A DNA stretch of 64,000 bases, taken from positions 259,160,001 through 259,224,000 of the forward strand of contig OZ024740.1 in assembly GCA_964016885.1 (NCBI GenBank), written 5' to 3'. How positions within the stretch are numbered: the first letter of the stretch is position 1; each line of letters begins with the position of its first letter. The notes beneath the pieces are model-generated. The model worked only from the letters and a program-made list of their open reading frames with translations. It had not been told where the DNA came from and ran no database searches. Origin of the DNA: Eledone cirrhosa (Eukaryota). The position numbers and the translations under genes are program-made. Positions 40,660-54,821 of the stretch are shown here, one piece after another.

Positions 40660-40752
<93 letters not shown>

Positions 40753-41438
40753 TAATGAAATGACAGGAGGCTGGATTTGTGTAAATCCTTGAAAGGTTTA
40801 TTATACTATGATCATTTCAATGACCGGGTTCCGTATGAATCCGGTGATATCATCAGGTATTCGAAATATAATACGTGAATGTAATAGGTAAAATCCATGG
40901 GGCTGAAAATCGAGACCCGAGGGCGACCGCTATTCTGTTCCTTCAACCTCAGCCGGTCGCCCTATATATTGATATGTTTATATATTTATACCTCTGCTGT
41001 ACCAATGTGCTCTTCCACGTATTCCACTTCTATGTATCCATGTATTTCTACCCCTCACATTGGGACCTGTACCCATTAGCTCTTCCACGTATTCCACTTC
41101 TATGTATCCATGTATTTCTACTCCTCACATTGGGACCTGTACCCATTAGCACACGACACTAGAATGTCTCCTCCTGAGAACAAAAATTAAACATTACACG
41201 ACTATATCCCGTACTCTACATCCCACTAGGATAAATTACAGATCTACATAATACAATTAACGTTTCTTCATAAAAGACTATTTAATTAAACCCCGCAACC
41301 CAAAACCTCATAGAAGTTATTTGAATGTCTAATCTTCAATTTTCTGTTTGTTCAATTCTCAATCCTCTTACTCCTTAGTTTCATAATGTTATTCTGAATT
41401 CTTTCAACTTCATCCGATAGAGTTAAGCAGAATTCTAA

Positions 41439-41628
41439 AGTTCCAACTTTCTGTCGGACCGTTGGGTGGGTTTTAGCGGCGGCGCGACCAGCTCCCTGGC
41501 GAACGGACTCACCTGGAGTGGTTGGAAAAATAAATTCCCCTTCTTTCAGTAAATGAAAATACTCGGCGTGGCTTAATTAGCCATGGGGCCCGGGGCGCGG
41601 CCGGTGTTTTAACCGCCAAATAGTACCT
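41439..41628. mobile_element. GC-rich 190-bp module bounded by (T)TAA-AG...CT-TTAA, possible Kolobok-type MITE (second copy at 41951-42141)
   Basis: Copy 2 has TTAA on both sides. Termini AGTTCCAAC and AGGTACTAT are imperfectly inverted. Composition changes sharply at the ends. Confidence 0.5.
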
Positions 41629-42816
41629 TTAAATTACAGAACAAATCGGAACTATTATATATATCAACCTGAAACTGTTGAGCTTTAAATTTTCTAACCT
41701 CTTTAATATGGAATATTGATTATTAATTTATTAATTTTTTAACTTCATCCTATAAGTCTAAACATTGTAACACACTGACCCCCAATATATTCACCTCTGC
41801 TAAGATGCGAGTCCCTGTGAAAATTTTGTCGCGCCACTCCTGGCCCGACTGTGGTGTGACATTAATATCGACCTTCCTTCCTCTCTCTTTCTATCTTCCT
41901 TCTTGTAGCTATCAACCATTACTCTTTTACTTCTCTAAGCTAAATTTTAAAGTTCCAACTTTCTGTCGGACTGTTGGGTGGGTTTTAATGGCGGCGCGAC
42001 CAGCTCCCTGGCGAACGAGCTCACCTGGAGTGCTTGGAAAAATAAATTTCCCCTTCTTTCAGTAAATGAAAATACTCGGCGTGGCTTAGTTCGCCATGGG
42101 GCCCGGGGCGCGGCCGTTGTTTTAACCGCCAGATAGTACCTTTAAATTACAGAACAAATCGGAACTATTATATAATTAATTGTTAAACTGTTGAACTTTA
42201 AATTTTCTAACCTCTTTAATATTGAATATTGATTATTAAATTTTTTTTAACTTCATCCTAGAAGTCTAAACACTGTAAAACACTGACTCCCAATATATTC
42301 ATCTCCGCTAAGATGCGGGTCCCTGTGAAAATTTTCTCGCGCCACTCCTGGCTTGACTGTGGTCTGACATTAATATCGACCTTTCTTCCTCTTCCTTTCT
42401 ATCTTCCTTCTTGTAGCCATCAACCCTTACTTTTCTACTTCTCTCTTCCCTTCCTTCTCTCCTCTCCTCCTCCCGCAGACTTATCTTCCTTCCCCCTCTT
42501 GCTTGCCTATATCTGACCAGTAGCAGTTACCTTCCTCTCTTAGCTGACATTAACCCTGACTTCTCTTCTTCTTTCTTCCCCCTTCTTCTCCTTCCTTTCT
42601 TTCTTTATTTTACCTTGTGTCATGGGATCGACGTTAACCTATGCTCCCATCTCTTTCTGTTTTCGCTCATCTGACCAGTAGTAGCATACTATAAAATTTA
42701 GCCACGTCACTCCAGGGCGACCGGCTGAGGTTGAAGGAACAGAATAGCGGTCGCCCTCGGGTCTCGATTTTCAGCCCCATGGATTTTACCTATTACATTC
42801 ACGTATTATATTTCGA

Positions 42817-42874
42817 ATACCTGATGATATCACCGGATTCATACGGAACCCGGTCATTGAAATGATCATAGTAT
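42817..42874 (+). ncRNA. Type I hammerhead with palindromic stem III (inverted copy at 40803-40860)
   Basis: Stem I ATAC/GTAT; CTGATGA; ACCGG..CCGGT stem II region; GAAA-TGATCA-TA. Confidence 0.85.
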
Positions 42875-43068
42875 AATAAACCTTTCAAGGATTTACACAA
42901 ATCCAGCCTCCTGTCATTTCATTATAATATTTAACTCCGTAATAGCACCACCAACTACAAAAACAAAGACGGTTGAACTGCTTTACGTTGAGTACTCTCT
43001 ATATTATTGCATTACGATTGACCATACGGAATAGACCAGCTCTATACAGTGGTGAACCTCAAACCTGA

Positions 43069-44185
<1,117 letters not shown>

Positions 44186-44994
44186 TGCTCTAAAAATCGG
44201 ACCAATCTAAAACTGCAACAAACAATCAAACATTTACAAGAGTTACCTCCCTCACACCCTACCTAATCCTTTTTCTTAAATAAATTAAATATCATCCAGC
44301 AAGAATTGCTTCCCCCTGCATATTAACTCTCTAAAAAGGGAAATCATAGTCCACGTGTCTGTACGTGTGTGGGGGATATTTTAACATGTTAAAAGATATT
44401 TTTCAGCTCTTGTCTTATACGGAGAAGTGTGTGTGTGTGTATATGTCTCTTTGTATGTTAGTATACGCGTGTGTATGTGTGTGTGTATATATGTGTGTGT
44501 GTGTGTGTGTATGTGTGTATGTGTGTGTGTGGGTGGACCAGTATTTTTGTGATACTGGTAAAAATGGTATACATTATTCGATATTTTCAGTAAAAACGAT
44601 TCTCTCAAAAGAACATCAAAAACCTTAATAATAAAAGGTGTGAAATGATATATAGTATTGTCATAACACCAAGGTGTGTGTGAGTGTCCAGATTGTACAT
44701 ACTGCAAGGGGAATCCATTAGGCTCTGCCGTATTGGAATACTTGTGTACAAATATGTATGTGCCCATCAGTGTGCAATGCATGTGTGCGTATATGTATGT
44801 GTGTGTCGGCACGTTTATATCTATAGAAATCAAAAGGTATACAAATGTGTGTATATTTGTGTTGCACCATAGAACATGTGTGTTTACGTATGTCATTGTG
44901 TTTATATGTGGATAGAGATGTATGTAGGATGTATGCTGATGTAGGTATGTATGTTGACGTGTGTATGTTGTGGGTTCGTCTTAGGGAAAAGTGT

Positions 44995-45367
44995 TTAGAC
45001 GGGGTCCGTATTTGTTAATAAAGTGAGATTCCTTGCTGATGCGCTAAGTGTGGGTGGCATTATCTTTAAATTTGTAGAGGGGAAAGATTCTGAAGTTGGG
45101 ATGATTTGGGCGGCACAGGTATCAATGTGTTCACTCAGTGGTATTTTCCTGTATTCCCGTATTTTAATTTGGGATCTATGGACAATCATGCGTTGGCGGA
45201 GGCTGTTTTGGTCTGGCCTATGTATTGTTCTCGACAACCTGAGCAAGTTAATACATATATTAGATTTTCTGATGCGCATGTGAAATTGTGTTTTACTATA
45301 AAACGTTGTCCTTCTTTCAAATAGAATTCCGAACCCTCTATAAGGTTGATGCATATGCCACAGTTGG

Positions 45368-45370
<3 letters not shown>
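44995..45370 (-). pseudogene. Related PLE GIY-YIG fragment, convergent with the previous one
   Basis: Minus strand PNCGICINLIEG and SLRQRMIVHRSQIKIREYRKIPLSEHIDTC. Confidence 0.8.
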
Positions 45371-45420
<50 letters not shown>

Positions 45421-45553
45421 AAGAATATTTTCGAAACAGCGAGTGGGTTTGAAAGTATTAGAAATGTAAGCTATCGCCGTATTTTGACTAAAGAAATTAA
45501 AGAAATTATTTACCCTGATAGTGGGGTTAGGAACCCTCGGAGACATAGAAAAA

Positions 45554-45626
45554 GATGAGTGCATGGGAGTCGAACCCACATCTTTGGTTATCCGGACCAC
45601 TGTGCTACCATTTACACCAACACATC
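45554..45626 (-). tRNA. tRNA-like Pol III unit (pseudo-tRNA; loop CCGGATA, nominal anticodon GGA) followed by T5
   Basis: Acceptor GATGTGT/ACTCATC, D arm GTGT/GCAC, anticodon stem TGGT/ACCA, T arm GTGGG-TTCGACT-CCCAT. Non-canonical C33 and T-arm spacing. Confidence 0.5.
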
Positions 45627-45657
45627 ACCCATCACCATTTACCCAAAACATCAGGGT

Positions 45658-45731
45658 GATGTGTTGGTGTAAATGGATATCACAGTGGTCCGGATAACCA
45701 AAGATGTGGGTTCGACTCCCATGTACTCATC
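45658..45731 (+). tRNA. Second tRNA-like unit, divergent (head-to-head) from the first, followed by T7
   Basis: A box TGGTGTAAATGG, B box GGTTCGACTCC, T7 at 45732-45738. Confidence 0.5.
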
Positions 45732-45822
45732 TTTTTTTCATTTCTCCGAGGGTTCTTAACCCCACTATCAGGCTAAATAATTTCTTTAATTTCTTTAGTC
45801 AAAATATATATATATATATATA

Positions 45823-46598
45823 TTAAATATTTTAAATTGGGAAGATACGGAAAAAACTCCAGTTTAATAGTTATTATGAGACCATTTTGTCAAAATAAGT
45901 TTAAATTTTAAAGATATAAATGTTGAAAGATATATTTAGCCTGAATTAGTTAGTGGTTATAAATCTAATAAAAGATATTAAAAAATGTTATTAAAAAATA
46001 TTAAAGAATATTAAAAATTCGGGAAAATTTAAAAAAATATATTTTATAAGAAATAAGTAGGTTTAAAAAAAAAATAAGTATTTTTTTTTAAATAAGTCAT
46101 TTTTAAAATATATGAAAGATTTAAGAAGTAAAAAATAAAAAATCTAAAGAATTAAAATACCTTAAAAACATATTTAAATTAAAGTTAAAATTAAAAATTA
46201 AAATTTAAAAATTTAGGATCATATATGTATATAATTTAAGAAATTTTAAGAAGTGAAATTATAAGAATTAAAATTATAGCAAACAATATATTAAAACAGA
46301 GTGGATAAGATTGTTATGGAAATAAGTAGAAATATTTTAAGTGTAATTATAATGTATATATAGTTGAATTTAAGCGATGTTTACATGAACTAAATAAATT
46401 TATTCGTACATTAATAGAGTTGCTACATTTAAGTATGAAGAAAATGTCCTCAACACACAATTTACAAAATCTAGCTAAAGCTGTGTTTCGGTAGGCAGGT
46501 GCTTTCTGAAATTATTTCCCAAGTTAAAGAATAGTCCGTATTTTTGGATTTTAAGTTTCATATCAGGTTTGATAGAAAGGTTTGTTCGTTTCTTGTTC

Positions 46599-46600
<2 letters not shown>
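45823..46600 (-). mobile_element. Hydra-like PLE 3' fragment, paralogous to 61638-62490
   Basis: Collinear identity with 61638-62490; LSNLI*NLKS..LTWEII..CKLC remnant. Confidence 0.8.
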
Positions 46601-46685
<85 letters not shown>

Positions 46686-46690
<5 letters not shown>

Positions 46691-46990
46691 ATACTTGGGG
46701 AGTGTCATATTGTTGTAATAATATTGCCAGAAATAATAACAGAAAACACTCACAGTTTGGTTGGTTTTCGCTTCTGTATCTTTTATATCTCCATAGTTAA
46801 TTCATTTGCCCATCAATGTTTATTATTGACTGACCAACAGTCAAAAGTACAGATATAAATATATATAGTCTAATAAAGTCTAACATATATATAGTCTAAC
46901 AAAGTTCTTTCGTTGCACATCTGCAACATCATCAATGGTACTATTATCATGTTTCCCCTGCTGTATTGCATGTATTGTAGTGTCTACGCC
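46686..46990 (-). mobile_element. Distant Neptune-family pLTR with hammerhead at 46898-46939 (core TTGATGA)
   Basis: End ttgttatacttgggg resembles 31310. Motif TTGATGA-T-GTTGC/GCAAC-GAAAGAACTT. Confidence 0.65.
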
Positions 46991-47239
46991 ATATATATAT
47001 ATATATATATATATAGTTGTAAGACTACAGAAAAATGGACAAAACAAAGGACAGTCTCTTAGTTAACCTTTCGAGGTCCTTGAGATTTCCTTAACGTACT
47101 GAAATCACAAGGACTTCCAGAGGTTGTCTGATGAGAAGGGATTGACCTGTTCGTCCGCTTTTCTTTTGTATTCACACAATTTTTTTCAATTAATTTTATA
47201 AGATCTTAGCTGCGCGGAGTCATTCTTTACAGTTGATTC

Positions 47240-47335
47240 GTGTGTGTGTGTGTGTGTGTGTGGTGACAGATACTGGCTCAGTGGGTGTAATCATAAAAAC
47301 AATCACACTATATAATTGTTACACACACACACATA

Positions 47336-47404
<69 letters not shown>

Positions 47405-47906
47405 TTAGTTTTTTTTTTTCTTTTGCAAGATTTCGTATCTGAAAACGAGTGTTGAAACATATAGTTTGGGAGGGTCATGCTGCCAATAAAAACACAAAAA
47501 CAAGATGGTGTAGGACAGAACAAAGGAGAGACACAAAATATTATATCAGTCACTGAGGAGGTCACAGAATGTGTGACGAAAGAACTTTGACAATATATAA
47601 ACAACCATCCGGTTATTGAATCAACCAGCCGGAAATTTATAATAAATTGAAGTGAAAACAAGAGGTGCGTGTATTTTTATTGGCAGCATGACCCTCCAAA
47701 GTATAACACTATATATATATATATATTGAGTATATGTTGGTTGTTTACCGACACCTCAGTATGCAGATTAGAGCACTCGACGAAGTACGCAGGTTGGTTT
47801 GTTTACTCTGGAGTAATATATATATATATATATTTATGTGTGTGTGTATGTATATATATATATATATGTGTGTATGTGTGTATGTGTGTGTGTGTATGTA
47901 TATATA

Positions 47907-47944
<38 letters not shown>

Positions 47945-49428
47945 CCATATACATATGCATATATATATAAGATATGTATATGTAAATATATGTGTGTGTG
48001 TGTCAATATAATTGGTTCCTGAGAGATGTTTCCACCCTAAGAGACATGTTTTTCGTCCATGCCCCACCAACCCCCACGCCACCACCATTATACACACCTC
48101 AATTTCATCTGAATAACCCACTTTTTTTCCATTTCTCTCCCTCACTTATTTTTTATTTGCCTAGGTTTGGTTATCTGTATATTAATCTATGTAGCTATAT
48201 GTATGTATGTATGTATATATGTACGTATGTATGTATGTATGTATGTATGTATGTATGTATGTATGTATGTATGTATGTATGTATGTATGTATGTATGTGT
48301 GTATCTATGCATATCTAACTACCTGACTCTCTATATAGCTATACAGTTGAGACATGTGTTATATTAATTACATTGCTGTGTTCGTGTCTGACATAGCTGT
48401 GTCTCGTATTCGATCCCACTGCGTGACACCATGGACAAGTGTCATTTACCATAACTTAAGGTTGGCCCGTGCCATGTGAGAGAAATTGTATAGCTAGAAC
48501 ATGTTTGACAGTCCATCAGATGGACTGTGCCTGTAATTCAAATGACCAGCCTGGTCCCACGTTGTGACACGCTGGATCTCCCTGAGAATTCCATGTGTCT
48601 ATAGAATTCTCAGCTACTTACACGTTAATTTCATGAGCAGGCTGTCCTTTTGGTTGAATAACTGGAACATTTATCATTGAAACTGGCGGAAATCCATCAA
48701 ATATGTTGTTGCGAAGACTTCATGTCGTAAATGCATGGTAAACCTACGAAAAGGTATCGTGCTTGTGTGAATCACTTTTCTCAAACGCTTACCATTCCCC
48801 AACACGACAACTAACGCACCAACACCACTAACACTAGTAACAACACCACATCCACGAATATTAATATCATAACTAACAACACCAACACCACTACTTCCAA
48901 TAACAACACTACCAACACCAAACAACAATACTACCACCATCCCTACATTTATAAACACCACTATTGCCATTGATATAAGAACAATAACAACCCTAACAAC
49001 AACACCACTACCAACAACACTATCACTAATACTACCATCAATAACAACAACACTACAAACATCATCACTACCATCAACACTACGTCCAATACCACTACAA
49101 CCACCAACAGCACCACCAGGAATACACCTACACTAGCCACACCACCACCATTATCATCAATAATAACAACACTACTAACACCAGTACAACCACAAACACT
49201 ACCCCCAAAACAACTATCACCACCACAAGCACCAGCACTACCCATCTCCCTCCAATAACCACCAACATTATCACAACCATCACTACCATCACCACCACCA
49301 ACAACACCTGGAGCACCATCACAACAGCCAATACTATTACCAACACCCATGGCTATATATACATCACAACTGACGTTTTACAATATCTGGATTCCAGTTG
49401 ACTGAATTTTGCTGCTTCCCTACATTTG

Positions 49429-49433
<5 letters not shown>
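47240..49433 (+). repeat. Copy B of the dispersed duplication
   Basis: See copy A. Confidence 0.92.
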
Positions 49434-49512
<79 letters not shown>

Positions 49513-49519
<7 letters not shown>

Positions 49520-51322
49520 CGTAGTTAAGAAAGCCACAACAATGCAGAGGGAAATCTCGAGGTAGGAAGTGAATGATAGATAGGAGAAACAGGTGAAAGT
49601 GAAAATTGAGAGAGACAAAGATGAAAACAAAACAACCGTAGAAGGGTTACCGTAGTGGAGATTTAATCCCAATATTTCGGGCTCACGCCCATCAACGGGG
49701 GAAAGTTCCAAAAGGGGGGGAACAGGCCAAGCGGAGAAAGTTGTGATGTCGTTAAGACAGGAATGCCGTTATGGGGAGAAAATTATTTAAAATTTAAACG
49801 AGGGAAAGAATGCGCGTGCGCATGATAGGCTGTGGCAAAAGCTACTGACCAAATGGGTTAAATCAAGAGGGTGCGCTAGCGTGTGAAGGCCGTAAGATAT
49901 GTGTGTGTAAATATATATGTGTGTGTAACTGTGTGTGTATAAGTGTAAGTGTGTATATGTGTGAGTGTGTGTGTGTGTGAAAGATAGTGGGCTGTAGAAG
50001 CTGGAAATCAAAGGGTGTGAAAGGTGGTAGGTTGTAAAACATGTGTACGAGTATAAATATAGATGTGTGTGTGTAAGCGTATGGGTATACATGTGTGTGT
50101 AACTGTGTGTGTATATGTGTGAGTGTATGTGTGTGTGAAAGATAGTGGGCTGTAGAAGCTGGAAATCAAAGGGTGTGAAAGGGGGTAGGTTGTAAAAACA
50201 TGTGTGCGTGTATAAATATAGATGTGTGTGTGTATGCGTATGGGTATGCATATACGTGCGTGTGTGTGAAGATAGCAGGCCGTAGGCTGTGAATGGTCAC
50301 TATGGTTAAGTTAGCCATGTCAGCTCATTTCTCTCAGCTCGGTTGTTAAGTGGGGGTCTGAGGTTCTTAATAACAAGTGCTTCCTTTATCCTTAAGGATC
50401 CGATGCTGCGTTCAGTCGCTAGGACTGTGACCAAGGGTCTACCCTGTGGGTTTCCGCATTTAAGGATGTGTTTACGGAAGGAAGATGCGTTGGTGTTGAT
50501 ATGTTCCTTGATACGAACATGTAGGGGTCGGATGGTGCTACCTATGTAAAACTTGTTACATTTATCGCATTGAATCTTATATACGACATAGGTGCGTAGG
50601 CAATCTGCCCCCCGTATCGGGCAGTTGCTGAGGGAACACATCCCATCTGACTCGTCGGGTTTGTTGGAGAGGCATCTTCGCAGCGAAGGTCCTGTGTGGG
50701 CCAAATGTATGTCAAGTCCCTCCGTCCGTATGGCCCTGCGGATGGCGTTCGTGGTATATTCACTCAGGTGGGGGATTTTAAAGAAGCACCTGCTTTTATA
50801 TAAGTTTCTAGTGGGTGTCTGTCTATTGGGTCTGGGGTCTCTAATTCCGTTAATCAGTCGCTAGGGATAACCATTAGATCTGAGTAGATTACGGAATTGC
50901 GTGGTATGGGTGAGACCACCCATCGGGTCGCTGCATCTGTTAGTGATCCGTGTCAGTTCATTTAGGACATAGCCTCTCTTAGCGTTGTTGGGGAGGGCTG
51001 AGTTATAATGCACAAATAAGTCCTTGCACGCTGCTTTGCGGTAGAAGGTGGTGTTTATGTCTCCTTCTTCCGAGATGTTGATACGGAAGTCGAGGAGGGC
51101 GAGTGACCCGTCTTCTCCTGGGTGTTCGATGGTGAAATCGACGTGATGGTCAGTATCGTTGAAATTTGGTGAATTTCATTCGCCATCTCCCGGGAAGAAG
51201 TAAGTATCAGTATGTCATCAACGTATCTGGAGTAGAAGGCGACGGCGTTGGGTTGGCAGGTATTGAGTGCCTTGCGTTCCAGGTGGTTCATGTACGAGAT
51301 CGCAAGTATGCCGGACAGACTA
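49513..51322 (-). mobile_element. 1.8-kb inverted copy of the 3' part of the adjacent PLE
   Basis: Reverse complement of 52683-54482 with few differences. Confidence 0.95.
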
Positions 51323-54300
51323 CAACCACCACCAACTGCGACTCCATATACAAACGCTTTCCGAGCACATAGATCGTATAGCTCCAACCCTCACCCCTGA
51401 CCACCAGGTCCAGGAAATACGCAAAGCTATAGATCAGTGTTACCACACCAGAGTCAAATATGATAAACAGCGCCTTATACGGAAATACGAATGGACTGTA
51501 AACAAATACTACAATGACAACATCCGCTCCCACAGACGGACCGACTACAACCACACCAGGGGCAACAGCTATACAACACCCTCCGCTACACCCCCCAACA
51601 TCGATCTACCTACCAACGATGCTTCACACCTCGTTACCGACTTAACCGGTACCCTCACCAACGACGAACTCGAACTTCTGCGCCTCGGACCCAAGTTCAT
51701 CATTACACAGCGTCTCGATGATAGACTGAAACTTGACATCGAAACCAACTTCTTTCGGACAGCATATCAACTGAAATGGCTAACCGCCATCCAAAACAAC
51801 ACCGAGATCGATTACAACCCCACAACCCACCCCACACTCCCCACGTATCACCTCGACAGCCCACTCCACCCCCCACCCACCAACCAGGAACTTGACACTA
51901 AACTACTCAGGTTGAAACATTCTATCTCTAACATCCTTTCCCAACACACACACACACAATAAACGCAACCTCACCAATGCACAATTTAATACTCTCACCA
52001 ACCTAAGATCCAGGAACCTTGTGTACCTTCCCTCTGACAAGGGGAAAGAATTCTGTGTCATCTCGAGAGAGACCTACAACAACTTAGCTCTCCAACATCT
52101 TAATGACCACAGCCTCTACTCGAAAGTCACAGGGACCTCCTCGACTCTAATCGAGGAAGGCATTAACACCATATGGACTAACATCTGTGTCCAACGAAAA
52201 CTGCCAAAGAAGGTAAAAAACAACATAATGACTCGAAACAGCAAATTACCCACCTTCTACCACCTGGTTAAAACACATAAACAAGGACCCGATTTGAAAA
52301 TCAGGCCCATTGTCTCTAGCGTGGAGGGCCCACTCTACAAAATATCGTGGCTGCTCTCCACACTACTGAAACCCATTCTACACACACTACCAGCCCACGT
52401 CTGCAGCTCAAAGGAGGTCTTGGAGCGACTACACCATCTGGCGCCCAACACCAGAAAGGACAACGGTTATGCCTTCAGTCTTGATGTGGTCGCCCTTTAT
52501 ACCTCCGTACCAGCATCCCCAGCTGTCGACCTGTTGACCGAACGAGTCCGAGCATCTAACTTACACTGCTTCGGACTCACACACACGGACATCCACCAAC
52601 TCCTCTCCTTCGTTGTGGATAATGCACTCTTCAATTTCCTCGGCCACACGTACAAACAAATCTCTGGGCTACCTATGGGCTCTAGTCTGTCCGGCATACT
52701 TGCGATCTCGTACATGGACCACCTGGAACGCAAGGCACTCAATACCTGCCAACCCAACGCCGTCGCCTTCTACTCCAGATACGTTGATGACATCCTGATA
52801 CTTACTTCTTCCCGGGAGATGGCGAATGAAATTCACCAAATTTCAACGATACTGACCATCACGTCGATTTCACCATCGAACACCCAGGAGAAGACGGGTC
52901 ACTCGCCCTCCTCGACTTCCGTATCAACATCTCGGAAGAAGGAGACATAAACACCACCTTCTACCGCAAAGCAGCGTGCAAGGACTTATTTGTGCATTAT
53001 AACTCAGCCCTCCCCAACAACGCTAAGAGAGGCTATGTCCTAAATGAACTGACACGGATCACTAACAGATGCAGCGACCCGATGGGTGGTCTCACCCATA
53101 CCACGCAATTCCGTAATCTACTCAGATCTAATGGTTATCCCAAGCGACTGATTAACGGAATTAGAGACCCCAGACCCAATAGACAGACACCCACTAGAAA
53201 CTTAAATAAAAGCAGGTGCTTCTTTAAAATCCCCCACCTGAGTGAATATACCACGAACGCCATCCGCAGGGCCATACGGACGGAGGGACTTGACATACAT
53301 TTGGCCCACACAGGACCTTCGCTGCGAAGATGCCTCTCCAACAAACCCGACGAGTCAGATGGGACGTGTTCCCTCAGCAACTGCCCGATACGGGGGGCAG
53401 ATTGCCTACGCACCTATGTCGTATATAAGATTCAATGCGATAAATGTAACAAGTTTTACATAGGTAGCACCATCCGACCCCTACATGTTCGTATCAAGGA
53501 ACATATCAACACCAACGCATCTTCCTTCCGTAAACACATCCTTAAATGCGGAAACCCACAGGGTAGACCCTTGGTCACAGTCCTAGCGACTGAACGCAGC
53601 ATCGGATCCTTAAGGATAAAGGAAGCACTTGTTATTAAGAACCTCAGACCCCCACTTAACAACCGGGCTGAGAGAAATGAGCTGACATGGCTAACTTAAC
53701 CATAGTGACCATTCACAGCCTACGGCCTGCTATCTTCACACACACGCACGTATATGCATACCCATACGCATACACACACACATCTATATTTATACACGCA
53801 CACATGTTTTTACAACCTACCACCTTTCACACCCTTTGATTTCCAGCTTCTACAGCCCACTATCTTTCACACACACATACACTCACACATATACACACAC
53901 AGTTACACACACATGTATACCCATACGCTTACACACACACATCTATATTTATACACGCACACATGTTTTACAACCTACCACCTTTCACACCCTTTGATTT
54001 CCAGCTTCTACAGCCCACTATCTTTCACACGCACACATATACACACTTACACTTATACACACACAGTTACACACACATATATATTTACACACACATATCT
54101 TACGGCTTTCACACGCTAGCGCACCCTCTTGATTTAACCCATTTGGTCAGTAGCTTTTGCCACAGCCTATCACGCGCACGCGCATTCTTTCCCTCGTTTA
54201 AATTTTAAATAATTTTCTCCCCATAACGGCATTCCTGTCTTAACGACATCACAACTTTCTCCGCTTGGCCTGTTCCCCCCCTTTTGGAACTTTCCCCCGT

Positions 54301-54517
54301 TGATGGGCGTGAGCCCGAAATATTGGGATTAAATCTCCACTACGGTAACCCTTCTACCTTTGTTTTGTTTTCATCTTTGTCTCTCTCAATTTTCACTTTC
54401 ACCTGTTTCTCCTATCTATCATTCACTTCCTACCTCGAGATTTCCCTCTGCATTGTTGTGGCTTTCTTAACTACGTATTTTACACATTTCACAATGCTTC
54501 AAGCAAACTTTAACACC

Positions 54518-54520
<3 letters not shown>
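51323..54520 (+). mobile_element. Young 5'-truncated Penelope-like element (RT + GIY-YIG, two frameshifts, long pLTR)
   Basis: Motifs LGPKF, PSDKG, KTHK..IRPIVS, SLDVVALYTSVP, GLPMGS, YSRYVDD, VVYKIQCDKC..YIGST..RIKEH; stop at 53699. Frameshifts at ~51955 and ~52840. Confidence 0.93.
54293..54328 (+). ncRNA. Hammerhead-like motif with variant core CCGTTGA (inverted copy at 49667-49702)
   Basis: Stem I TCCC/GGGA; stem II GGGC-GTGA-GCCC; GAAA-TATT. Confidence 0.6.
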
Positions 54521-54602
<82 letters not shown>

Positions 54603-54669
54603 GTATATATATCAGTCCTATCCGATGACTTCGTTTCAGTATTATTATTATTATTATTTTTCTTTTATT

Positions 54670-54719
<50 letters not shown>

Positions 54720-54759
54720 ATTAAATAAATGGAAAACTATATTTATAAAACCATATCTA

Positions 54760-54821
54760 TTTCATTATATATATTTCGGGGATATCATATTAACAATATG
54801 CTATGCCTTCATCAGACAAAA
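54760..54821 (-). ncRNA. Type I hammerhead in a pLTR fragment (54716-54900)
   Basis: Stem I TTTTGT/ATGAAA; CTGATGA; CATATT/AATATG hairpin; GAAA-TATATA-TA. Confidence 0.78.

Noticed and set aside
45554-45731. Functional tRNA-Ser(GGA) genes
   Set aside because: C at position 33, no long variable arm, stem mismatches and irregular T-arm spacing; kept only as tRNA-like.
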